Below, in pieces: positions 1-8,016 of a stretch of DNA of 29,131 nucleotides. Origin of the DNA: Hormoscilla sp. (GTDB taxonomy: Bacteria > Cyanobacteriota > Cyanobacteriia > Cyanobacteriales > Desertifilaceae). Every line of letters begins with the position of its first letter. The first letter of the stretch is position 1. The stretch is taken from positions 1 to 29,131 of the forward strand of contig JBFRWI010000059.1 in the NCBI GenBank assembly GCA_051439505.1. Direction: 5' to 3'. Both the position numbers and the translations under genes were made by a program. Below the pieces are notes generated by a model. That model did not search any database. It had not been told where the DNA came from and saw only the letters and a program-made list of their open reading frames with translations.

Positions 1-10
1 ACCTGTTATC

Positions 11-223
11 ATGCTTGTAACTGATTTACTGCCACAACTGCGAGATTTATCCCGCCCAGACAAACTACGGATAATGCAATTCTTGATATCGGAACTGGCC
101 AAGGAAGAAGGTGTCACCCCGCTGGAAAATGATGTTAACTTTTCCAGTGTCACCCTTTATAATTCTCATGAAGCTGCCCACCAACTAGCAAAACTGTTAG
201 AGTCAAATCAGGAAGCTTGTTAA
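11..223 (+). CDS. small hypothetical protein, antitoxin-like partner of the downstream protease
   Basis: 70-aa helical ORF (LLPQLRDLSRPDKLRIMQFLISELA). Its TAA overlaps the next ATG (TAATG at 221-225). Confidence 0.7.
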   Translation: MLVTDLLPQLRDLSRPDKLRIMQFLISELAKEEGVTPLENDVNFSSVTLYNSHEAAHQLAKLLESNQEAC

Positions 224-660
224 TGCTGAATGCACAAAGATTTCCTTTCATCGAAAAATCAGATCGGTCTGGAGTCATTAACATGATGCCATATCTCCCT
301 CTGACTCTGACTTATCAGAATCGTCCTCTAGATGTATTAGGATTGTTGGATACAGGTTCTAGTATCAATGTTTTACCTTACGACATTGGGCTAAGATTGG
401 GGGCGATTTGGGAACGGCAAATGATGTCAGTTACTTTAGCTGGTAATCTGGAACCAGTGGAAGCCAGAGGGTTGCTTGTATCAGCTAAAGTAGGTCGATT
501 TCCGACAGTTAATTTGGTTTTTGCTTGGGCACAAGCTAATGATATTCCCTTGATTTTAGGGCGATCGAACTTTTTTCAAGAGTTTGATGTCTGTTTCTAT
601 TGCTCTCAATTAGCTTTTGAAGTTTGTCCGTGCGGTATATCTCCATCTGGAAGCAACTAA
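223..660 (+). CDS. retropepsin-like (clan AA) aspartyl protease
   Basis: LLDTGS catalytic motif and C-terminal LILGRSNFF motif. ATG at 223 is coupled to the upstream stop. Confidence 0.85.
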   Translation: MLNAQRFPFIEKSDRSGVINMMPYLPLTLTYQNRPLDVLGLLDTGSSINVLPYDIGLRLGAIWERQMMSVTLAGNLEPVEARGLLVSAKVGRFPTVNLVFAWAQANDIPLILGRSNFFQEFDVCFYCSQLAFEVCPCGISPSGSN

Positions 661-712
661 AATTAACCGCAGCAGTTGCAGGGCGATCGCATTTTTATGG
701 CAGACGCGCTTT

Positions 713-737
713 GTAGGGTGGGCACCGCCCACCTTAC
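713..737. repeat. GTAG-footed REP-like palindrome (GTAGGGTGGGCAnnGCCCACCTTAC)
   Basis: Near-identical copies at 16694-16718 (inverted) and 28942-28966, plus a variant at 17575-17600. Confidence 0.85.
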
Positions 738-770
738 CGGTACTGCTACTGTATAAAGTAAGGATTTGTC

Positions 771-1007
771 ATGACGCAAAATATTGATGTAACAGGACTA
801 AAACAGGAACAAATCGCGCAAATAAATGCGATAATCGAAGCATTTAAAGCGAAAAATACACTTGACAGCAGCTTAAGCAAAAAAGCGCCATCTTCCGAAA
901 TACCTGTGGAAACGGATGTAGAATATTTCGATATAAGCACGCTGTTTTTTGAGAGCGAAATATTGCAACCTTATAATCGCAGTATGCTTTATGGCAAGAG
1001 AACCTAA
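771..1007 (+). CDS. putative type II antitoxin (VapB-like)
   Basis: 78 aa with an acidic C-terminal half ending YNRSMLY. It overlaps the start of a PIN-domain stub. Confidence 0.6.
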   Translation: MTQNIDVTGLKQEQIAQINAIIEAFKAKNTLDSSLSKKAPSSEIPVETDVEYFDISTLFFESEILQPYNRSMLYGKRT

Positions 1008-1062
1008 ACGGATTTATCTCGACAGTAATGTTCTGGCTTATATTGCCAATCTAAAAGGGTGA
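991..1062 (+). pseudogene. truncated PIN-domain (VapC-like) toxin, N-terminal 23 codons only
   Basis: Reads MAREPKRIYLDSNVLAYIANLKG*. IYLDSNVL matches the first PIN motif (hhhDT/SNhh). It ends just before HIP1 at 1065-1072. Confidence 0.7.
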
Positions 1063-1206
1063 TGGCGATCGCGCGCCCACCGAAAATGCGATCGCAGTCG
1101 AAAATGTAGGTGTACGGCATCAACAGATTATCGGTAAAAATGAAAAATGTAACTACCGCCGTGCCCCGGCAGGTGGTGCCCAGACGCGATCGCCAAAAGA
1201 GCAATG

Positions 1207-1272
1207 TGCGATCGCCCGCCAGGGAAAATGCGATCGCCCGCCGGGGAAAATGCGATCGCCCGCCCGGGAAAA
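1207..1272. repeat. 3 x 22-bp tandem repeat containing HIP1 (TGCGATCGCCCGCCnGGGAAAA)
   Basis: Units start at 1207, 1229 and 1251. Confidence 0.9.
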
Positions 1273-1292
1273 TACGCCCGGGATATGGCGCC

Positions 1293-1353
1293 GGGGCACG
1301 GCAATAGATAGATTTCGGTTAATACCCTGATATTATCGATGCCGTGCCCCTAC
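1293..1353. repeat. REP/MITE-like inverted repeat GGGGCACGGCA...TGCCGTGCCCCTAC
   Basis: 11-bp arms at 1293-1303 and 1340-1350 with a CTAC foot. A degenerate sister copy lies at about 1106-1167. Confidence 0.7.
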
Positions 1354-1399
1354 CATTGTTACCATTGTTATTCTATATTATATTAATACGAACCCAGGG

Positions 1400-1496
1400 A
1401 AACACTAAAGTGTTTACTACGAACCCCGGAAAACACTAAAGTGTTTACTACGAACCTAGATACGAACCTAGATACGAACCTAGATACGAACCTAGA
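1400..1496. repeat. two 31-bp-period copies of AAACACTAAAGTGTTTACTACGAACC followed by 4 x TACGAACCTAGA
   Basis: Palindromic units at 1400 and 1431. The 12-mers start at 1449, 1461, 1473 and 1485. The same unit occurs as an inverted pair at 7929-7978. Confidence 0.9.
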
Positions 1497-1519
1497 ACAG
1501 AACAGAGATAATTTATAAG

Positions 1520-3148
1520 ATGAAGAAGATTTGGAAATATCTGAAATATATATTTTGGTTGGCCCCAGTTCTGATTGTGGCCGGAATCACCGCTGGCGTT
1601 CTCGAAACAGGCGGTTTATCTCCCGCTACCTGGGGCCCTCTTCCCCTAGGTTTACTCATCGCTGGTATGGCAGTCCTCGGGTTCTGGCTATTATTGAAAA
1701 TTGCCTCCGCAGAAAGTTTCTGGAACAGTCGATCGACCTCTGCAGGCGCGAATGCGATCGTCTCTACTATAGCGGTGCTGCTGATTTTGGCCATGATTAA
1801 TTTATTGGCTGTCCGCTATCGGGTAGAAATAGATTTAACAGAAGACCAGCGGTTTACAGTGGCCCTTGAGACTAAACAGCTATTGCAAAATTTGTCCCAA
1901 CCTGTTAAACTCTGGATATTCAGCCCCCAAGTAAATCCTCAAGATGCAGAATTGCTCGAAAATTACCAGGATATGGGAGGCGATCGCTTTTTATTTGAGT
2001 ATGTTGACCCGTACTCGAGACCGGGACTGGCCTCGGAGTTTGGGGTAACCGAGGTGGGAGATGTTTACCTGGAATTATTGTTGCCAAATTCTCAACGGCG
2101 GGAGTTCGTCGGCAATGCGATCCGCAAACCTCTTTCTGAAAGCCAGTTGACTAATAGTATTGTACTGATTAAAAGCGATCGCACGACATTGGTCTACTTC
2201 CTGCAAGGTCACGGGGAACGGCCTTTACAGGGGCGAGGCGGCCTATCGGAAGCGGTCAGAAGCTTGAAGCAGAAAAATTTTATCTCTCAACCCCTCAATT
2301 TAGCACAGCGAAAAGCTGTTCCTGAAGATGCTGATGTAGTCGCGATCGCGGGACCGGAACGAGAACTTTTACCCGAAGAAGTGGCAGCATTGGAGGATTA
2401 TCTAGATGGGGGCGGCAGTCTGCTGCTGGCGATCGACCCCTTTCAAAATCCCGGACTCGACTCTCTGTTGAGAAAGTGGGGGGTGAAGTTGGACGATCGG
2501 GTGGCGGTTGACATCAACAGACGGTTGCCAACTGTACTCGCGATCGCCGACTATGGGGACCATCCCATCACAGAAAACTTGGGAAATGGTTTCTCTTTTT
2601 ACCCCCTGGCGAGATCCATAGAAATAACTAAGGTGCCCGGCGTGGAGGAAACCCCTTTGCTGCTGACCGTAGAAGAGAATGTTTGGGCAGAAAGTGACAA
2701 TAAGTCTCAGGAGTTGGAGTTCGACCCCAAAAGCGATCGCCAAGGTCCGCTAATATTAGGAGTCGCCCTAACTCGCAGTCTCAATAACCCAGAGGTGACA
2801 GAACCAGAAACTGATGCTTCCGAGGATGTTACCGCCAGTCCAGAAACTGATGCTTCCCCAGAACAGGAACCGCCTATTTCCATTGCGCGGATGGTTGCCA
2901 TCGGAGATTCGGAATTTGCGATCGATGGCAATTTCGGGCAGCAGTTGAACGGAGATGTGTTTCTGAATGCGATCGGTTGGTTAGCGGACAGGGATGAAGA
3001 AACTTTTTCTATTCGCGCCAAGGAATTCACTAACCGACGCATCATCCTGACCGAAAATCAAGCTATAATCTTATTCTTGACATCCGTGGCGATCGTGCCC
3101 GCCCTGGGTTTCCTGACAGCAGGTACTCTCTGGTTACTCCGTCGCTAA
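1520..3148 (+). CDS. GldG-family ABC transporter auxiliary protein
   Basis: N-terminal TM helices, IDLTEDQRFT, VYFLQGHGE, IGDSEF..N..VFLNAIGWL and a C-terminal TM ending WLLRR. Confidence 0.9.
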   Translation: MKKIWKYLKYIFWLAPVLIVAGITAGVLETGGLSPATWGPLPLGLLIAGMAVLGFWLLLKIASAESFWNSRSTSAGANAIVSTIAVLLILAMINLLAVRYRVEIDLTEDQRFTVALETKQLLQNLSQPVKLWIFSPQVNPQDAELLENYQDMGGDRFLFEYVDPYSRPGLASEFGVTEVGDVYLELLLPNSQRREFVGNAIRKPLSESQLTNSIVLIKSDRTTLVYFLQGHGERPLQGRGGLSEAVRSLKQKNFISQPLNLAQRKAVPEDADVVAIAGPERELLPEEVAALEDYLDGGGSLLLAIDPFQNPGLDSLLRKWGVKLDDRVAVDINRRLPTVLAIADYGDHPITENLGNGFSFYPLARSIEITKVPGVEETPLLLTVEENVWAESDNKSQELEFDPKSDRQGPLILGVALTRSLNNPEVTEPETDASEDVTASPETDASPEQEPPISIARMVAIGDSEFAIDGNFGQQLNGDVFLNAIGWLADRDEETFSIRAKEFTNRRIILTENQAIILFLTSVAIVPALGFLTAGTLWLLRR

Positions 3149-3218
3149 TGGGGGATAATACAATTGCTATAGGGTGTGGTCATGCGTCAGTTGGTACGGG
3201 GAGATCCTCGCGGGGGCA

Positions 3219-3288
3219 GGGCGAAGCATTCGGGAATAACATCTATCTTGTGATGTCATCATTTATCGCCCGAATGCTTCGCCCCTAC
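3219..3288. repeat. REP/MITE-like inverted repeat GGGCGAAGCATTCGGG...CCCGAATGCTTCGCCC-CTAC
   Basis: Perfect 16-bp arms at 3219-3234 and 3269-3284. Confidence 0.85.
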
Positions 3289-3376
3289 AGTTATCGGCAA
3301 CAAAGCCCGCCTGCGCGGGCTAAAGGGTATCTTATCGGTACAATTGGCAATTAATTAATAACTAAAATTCGTGCCT

Positions 3377-4186
3377 ATGAAAATACAGAGAACAACGATA
3401 ATTTGGGTATTGCTGGCCTTGGGGTTAGGGGGATTTGTTTACTACTTTGAGTTTAACAAACCCGTTAAAGAAGAAGTTGTCCGGCAAAAGCAACAGCAAC
3501 TGTTTGATTTTGAAGAGAAGCAAGTGCAGTCGGTGCAGGTGCAGATTAAAGATCGGACATTGCTATTTGAACGTCAAGCAGAAACGGGTTCGTCTCAGTG
3601 GATGATGCGATCGCCCGAGTCCGCCCCCGCCAGTGAGGCCGCTGTGGTATTCTTGTTGAGTAAGCTGGTCAATGCTAAGGGCGATCGGGCCTTTACGGTA
3701 TCAGCGGCGCAGTTGTCAGAATACGGACTGGACGAACCGATGGCAACGGTAGAAATTACTATTGACAATGGCAAAACCCATCAGCTAAGATTGGGGAATA
3801 AGGACTTTACTAATAGTCAGTTGTATGGTTTAGTTGACGCAAGAATCAACAATAATAGTTCGGGTGCAGAGGAAGTAGGTTCGGAGGAGTTAATTGCTGA
3901 AGAAGAACTAAAGGTGGTGTTGGTGCCAGCAGACTTTGAATATGCGGTCGATCGACCCCTGTCAGAATGGAAACCAGAGGAAAATGATGAAGAGAGTTCA
4001 TCAGAGGAGGATAGTTCTAAGTCAGAAACTGATGAAGATAGTTCGTCAGAGGAGGAAAATTCAGAGTCAGAAACTGATGAACATAGTTCGTCAGAGGAGA
4101 AGAGTTCTCAGTCAGAAACTGATGAAGATAGTTCGTCAGAGGAGGAAAATTCAGAGTCAGAAACTGATGAATCTGATGATTCGTGA
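3377..4186 (+). CDS. DUF4340 domain protein with acidic repetitive C-terminal tail
   Basis: N-terminal TM, W.M.SPE..PA and LSEYGLDEP motifs, and the usual position after GldG. GTG at 3371 is an alternative start. Confidence 0.8.
   Translation: MKIQRTTIIWVLLALGLGGFVYYFEFNKPVKEEVVRQKQQQLFDFEEKQVQSVQVQIKDRTLLFERQAETGSSQWMMRSPESAPASEAAVVFLLSKLVNAKGDRAFTVSAAQLSEYGLDEPMATVEITIDNGKTHQLRLGNKDFTNSQLYGLVDARINNNSSGAEEVGSEELIAEEELKVVLVPADFEYAVDRPLSEWKPEENDEESSSEEDSSKSETDEDSSSEEENSESETDEHSSSEEKSSQSETDEDSSSEEENSESETDESDDS
3984..4170 (+). repeat. 45-bp coding tandem repeat (SETDEDSSSEEENSE-type, about 4 units)
   Basis: CAGAAACTGATG recurs at 4023, 4068, 4113 and 4158. Confidence 0.9.
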
Positions 4187-4234
4187 ACAGGGGCGATCGC
4201 CTGTCGGAACGCCCACCCGATCGCGTAAAAATTG

Positions 4235-4624
4235 TCAATTCGCAATTGACAATACTGGACAAAACTCTTCTAACTTCACCTGAAGGTCTGACACTAGCAT
4301 CAGGGGATACTTCTGGGAAGCTTTCAGCTTTTGGAAGACAAGACGGGCAAATTCATCGCGCCAATGTTGTCGATTTGTTTCCGTCTCGATCTTAACTGCT
4401 TTCACTGATATATGATATCGGTATTCTGCAAAATTCATGTCTCTGTCATTTTCAAATTCATGTTCTCCCAGGGTCAGAGTAATGCGATAATTACGATACT
4501 CATACCAGGTTTCATCCTTGTAATAGATGAGTTGCAACTTGATAGATAATAGGGATTCGATTTCCTCTACCAAGATTTTAATCCCCACTTGTGAGTCTAC
4601 AAAAATATCTACTGTCCTAGACAT
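4235..4624 (-). CDS. hypothetical protein, AT-rich orphan
   Basis: 129-aa ORF with a strong AGGAGG RBS upstream (minus strand, 4633-4638). No recognised motif. Confidence 0.7.
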   Translation of the reverse strand: MSRTVDIFVDSQVGIKILVEEIESLLSIKLQLIYYKDETWYEYRNYRITLTLGEHEFENDRDMNFAEYRYHISVKAVKIETETNRQHWRDEFARLVFQKLKASQKYPLMLVSDLQVKLEEFCPVLSIAN

Positions 4625-4824
4625 GAAAACAACCTCCTAGTAAATTGGTTAAATATCAGGTATAAACCTGGTATATCATACAGTTAAGCATAAAATATAG
4701 ATACTCGGATGAGATAAAATATGTTTATTGACAGAGGAGGCGATCGCCGATAATAATGGACAGGCTAGAGATTGTAAATGCGATCTTGCACATGTACAAT
4801 CATCTGGAGGCAGAGCCTCAAAAG

Positions 4825-4853
4825 AGCGTTCCCAGGCGGAGCCAGGGAACGAG
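4825..4853. repeat. dispersed palindromic repeat TTCCCAGGCGG(G)AGCCAGGGAACGAG
   Basis: Second copy at about 16993-17018. Confidence 0.7.
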
Positions 4854-4856
4854 ATA

Positions 4857-4865
4857 TGCTATAAT
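4857..4865 (+). promoter_or_regulatory. extended -10 promoter element (TGcTATAAT) upstream of kinase 1
   Basis: Consensus match about 135 bp before ATG 5001. Confidence 0.5.
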
Positions 4866-4909
4866 TAGTTTAACTCGTATTAGTCGGTTTTAACCGACTT
4901 TAGCTATTA

Positions 4910-4993
4910 GCCGGGGGTTTGAACCCCCGGCGGGATGAAAGCGTAGCGAAGGGGGTTTAAAAACCCCCGGCGGGATGAAAGCGTAGCGAAGGA
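4910..4993. repeat. hairpin GCCGGGGGTTTGAACCCCCGGC with a duplicated segment of about 31 bp
   Basis: AACCCCCGGCGGGATGAAAGCGTAGCGAAGG occurs twice (about 4922 and 4963). The second copy runs into the GGAGGT RBS of the kinase. Confidence 0.8.
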
Positions 4994-5000
4994 GGTTATC

Positions 5001-6371
5001 ATGCCGAACACATCACCTGGGCCTATTGCCAAGGGGACAATTATAGAAAACCGTTATCAAGTATTGCGTCAATTGGGACGCGGTGGATTTGGACGCACCT
5101 ACCTAGTTGAAGATATGAATAGGTACAAAGAGCGTTGCGTCATCAAAGAATTTGCTCCTCAACTGAAAAGCAGCACGGAGTTGCAAAAAGCCGAGAGGTT
5201 ATTTAAGCGGGAAGCAAGTATGCTCTACAAACTGGAACATCCTCAGATTCCCCGCTTTCGAGAACTGTTTCAAACTAAAATTGATGACCAAGATTTTCTT
5301 TTCTTGGTGCAGGACTACGTCAAAGGAAAAACCTACGCCCAACTCTTAAAGGGAAGAAAAGCTAAACCTTTGAGCGAAGAAGAAGTCACGCAATTGCTGC
5401 TGGATATATTACCCGTCCTGTCCTACATTCACTCCCAAAAAGTGCTCCATCGAGATATCTCCCCAGATAACCTGATCCTGCGGACTGGCGATAAACTCCC
5501 AGTGCTGATTGACTTTGGTTGCGTCAAGCATGTAGCAGCAAGGGCCGTATCCCAGTCAAAGGGACTTGCCGGTACTCTGGTCGGTAAACCGGGTTATTGC
5601 CCCGAGGAACAATTGCGGGATGGAATGGTGTCTCCTAGTAGTGACCTCTATGCTTTGGCGGTGACCCTGTTGGTGCTGATCACGGGCAAGCAACCCCAAG
5701 AGTTGTACGATAGTACGAATGCTACTTGGAACTGGGAGCAAATGGTCACCGTTGGCCCCACTCTCAAAAAGCTGCTCAATAAAATGCTCGCTCATAAACC
5801 GCGCGATCGCTACCAGTCAGCGAAAACAGTGCATCGCATTCTGGAAAAGGCAAACTCCTCGGGAGTCGGGAACATGATTTCCACGATGAATACCATAGTA
5901 GTCGGTCACATTCAGAAGGTTAATCATCAAATATCGGGTTTAAAAAAGAGCAGCATGCAGCTTGCTATGTGGCAGATAGTAGCCATTACCGTTAGCATAT
6001 CATTAGTGGGAGGAATAGGAGCGACTTTGGCCTTCTCCGCTTTCAGAAAACCCCAAAATTATCCAGCATCGGCGATGCATCCAGCATCTCCAGTATCTTT
6101 TTCGGCCCCAGCATCTTTTGCATCTTCGGGCTTTTTGAGTAAAACGGAGAAAAAAGAGCAACTGTCAATTCATCAGCGCTGCCAAAATCTGAAAATTGAC
6201 CCAAGTCTATTTTATCAGCAAGTGGATAACTTATTCTACGGCCAATACCCCGAACTTAAAGGCCGTCAACTCACAGAAAAGCCCGCAGATGCCCAGTTGC
6301 GATCGCAATGGTATCAGCTAGCGGACGAATTGCTCGATCGCCTGGAGAAGGGCGAGAGTCTCTGGGAATAA
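5001..6371 (+). CDS. Hanks-type (Pkn2) Ser/Thr protein kinase, membrane anchored
   Basis: LGRGGFGRTY, VIKEF, HRDISPDN, DFG, SDLYALA, a TM helix and a C-terminal helical domain. Confidence 0.95.
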   Translation: MPNTSPGPIAKGTIIENRYQVLRQLGRGGFGRTYLVEDMNRYKERCVIKEFAPQLKSSTELQKAERLFKREASMLYKLEHPQIPRFRELFQTKIDDQDFLFLVQDYVKGKTYAQLLKGRKAKPLSEEEVTQLLLDILPVLSYIHSQKVLHRDISPDNLILRTGDKLPVLIDFGCVKHVAARAVSQSKGLAGTLVGKPGYCPEEQLRDGMVSPSSDLYALAVTLLVLITGKQPQELYDSTNATWNWEQMVTVGPTLKKLLNKMLAHKPRDRYQSAKTVHRILEKANSSGVGNMISTMNTIVVGHIQKVNHQISGLKKSSMQLAMWQIVAITVSISLVGGIGATLAFSAFRKPQNYPASAMHPASPVSFSAPASFASSGFLSKTEKKEQLSIHQRCQNLKIDPSLFYQQVDNLFYGQYPELKGRQLTEKPADAQLRSQWYQLADELLDRLEKGESLWE

Positions 6372-6466
6372 TTCCCAACAGAACGAACTGCTCGACCTGG
6401 GCAAAGTTTAGTTATAATAAACGGAAGGTTGCCAAATTGTATTAGACTAGATCGGGAGGTTTTTTA

Positions 6467-7771
6467 ATGATGCGCGCTTCACCGATTCCCAGCGGGACAA
6501 TTGTCGAAAAACAATATCGAATTAAGAAGGAATTGGGGCGGGGTGGTTTTGGGCGCACCTACCTGGCGGAAGATACCAATCGATATAATGAGCTGTGCGT
6601 GCTCAAGGAATTTGCGCCCCAAGCAGAAAATCCTTATCAGTTGCGAAAAGCCGAAGAGTTGTTTCAGCGAGAAGCAGGTATGCTATACAAACTGGAACAC
6701 CCTCAGATCCCGCGCTTTCGAGAACTATTGCGGGCAAATATTGGAGATAGAGAATTACTATTCTTGGTGCAAGACTATGTAGAAGGTCCAACCTATTGGC
6801 ATCTATTCGAGCAGGGTAGGAGGTTGAGCGAGGCCCAAGCAACTAAATTGCTAGAACAACTACTACCAGTGTTGGACTACGTTCACTCAAAACAAGTGAT
6901 TCATCGAGATATCTCCCCAGATAATTTGATTCAGCGACGTAGCGACGGACTGCCAGTTTTAATCGATTTTGGGAGCGTCAAGCAGATAGCAGCAACCGCC
7001 CTATACGAGTCCGGCGGACAACCCGGGACTCGGGTAGGGAAACCGGGTTTCTCTCCAGAAGAACAGATGCATCAAGGAAAAGTTTCTCCTAGCAGCGACT
7101 TGTATTCTTTGGGGATGACGGTTTTGGTGCTGCTAACGGGTAAGGAACCCCAGCATTTGCAAGACTGGGAACAACAGGTAAATATTGGCCCCAACCTGAA
7201 AAAAATGTTAAAGAAAATGCTGGCTCAACAATCCCGCGATCGCTACCAGTCAGCGGCAGCAGTGACTCGGGCGATCGAAAACTCCAACCGTTCCAACAGC
7301 ACTAACTCCTCCTCTAACTCCCCTAGGGGTAATAACATCATCTCCCAGATGGGTACGAGAGTTGTCGGTCACCTCAGGACTCGTTTGACTAACCTGAATA
7401 CCCAATTCTCTGGCAGTAACAACCCCAACCGAATGAATCTTTCCAAAGTGGTGGCCTGCGCCCTGGGCATATCTTTACTAACTGGAGTGGGTGCTTTTGC
7501 TTTGGTAGAATTGGGTATATGGGAACCTTTCACCTTGCTGGGGCGATCGGAAGTCGATCGCCAGAGGGAAATTTATCAACGCCTCCTAGAACTGAACATT
7601 GACGAAGCAGCTTTTTATCAGAAAGTCGATCAGTTATTCTATGCCCAATACCCAGTCGCTGAGGGTCGCCCCCTGACAGAAAACCATGAAGATGCCGTAC
7701 TGCGATCGCAATGGTATCGCATTGCCGAGGAATTGCTAAATAAGATCGAGCAGGGTTCCGAGACTTTATAG
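6467..7771 (+). CDS. Hanks-type (Pkn2) Ser/Thr protein kinase, tandem paralog
   Basis: LGRGGFGRTY, VLKEF, HRDISPDN, DFG, SDLYSLG, a TM helix and the same C-terminal domain. GGGAGG RBS upstream. Confidence 0.95.
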   Translation: MMRASPIPSGTIVEKQYRIKKELGRGGFGRTYLAEDTNRYNELCVLKEFAPQAENPYQLRKAEELFQREAGMLYKLEHPQIPRFRELLRANIGDRELLFLVQDYVEGPTYWHLFEQGRRLSEAQATKLLEQLLPVLDYVHSKQVIHRDISPDNLIQRRSDGLPVLIDFGSVKQIAATALYESGGQPGTRVGKPGFSPEEQMHQGKVSPSSDLYSLGMTVLVLLTGKEPQHLQDWEQQVNIGPNLKKMLKKMLAQQSRDRYQSAAAVTRAIENSNRSNSTNSSSNSPRGNNIISQMGTRVVGHLRTRLTNLNTQFSGSNNPNRMNLSKVVACALGISLLTGVGAFALVELGIWEPFTLLGRSEVDRQREIYQRLLELNIDEAAFYQKVDQLFYAQYPVAEGRPLTENHEDAVLRSQWYRIAEELLNKIEQGSETL

Positions 7772-7928
7772 TAGAGTCGGGCTCATTTCAATGCCTGCAT
7801 TTTTTTATTAAACCCTGCTAATGGATCGTGGCTAATGGCGAATAGAGAATGAAAAATAGCTCCGTAACAATTGCTCAATTAACAATTGCTCAATTTGAGA
7901 TTATCAAGAAGCTTGCACACCGACAGAT

Positions 7929-7978
7929 AAACACTAAAGTGTTTACTACAAACGGTTCGTAGTAAACACTTTAGTGTT
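7929..7978. repeat. inverted doublet of REP-like unit AAACACTAAAGTGTTTACTAC between convergent genes
   Basis: 7929-7949 and 7959-7978 are reverse complements. It may also act as a bidirectional terminator. Confidence 0.85.
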
Positions 7979-8016
7979 GGCGCGAGGTAAGCACACTTCA
8001 TGCTTACCACAAACTA

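Noticed and set aside
1110..1307. 65-aa ORF
   Set aside because: It is a translation of HIP1/REP repeats with no protein-like features.
1400..1496. Possible mini CRISPR array of palindromic repeats
   Set aside because: Only two units with about 5-bp gaps, no unique spacers and no cas genes. The unit recurs as an inverted REP-like doublet at 7929-7978.
3148..3354. 68-aa ORF after the GldG-like gene
   Set aside because: It runs through REP-like inverted repeats and is probably spurious.
3936..4283. Basic repetitive 115-aa ORF and its antisense 81-aa ORF
   Set aside because: These are alternative frames of the 45-bp repeat in the DUF4340 gene.
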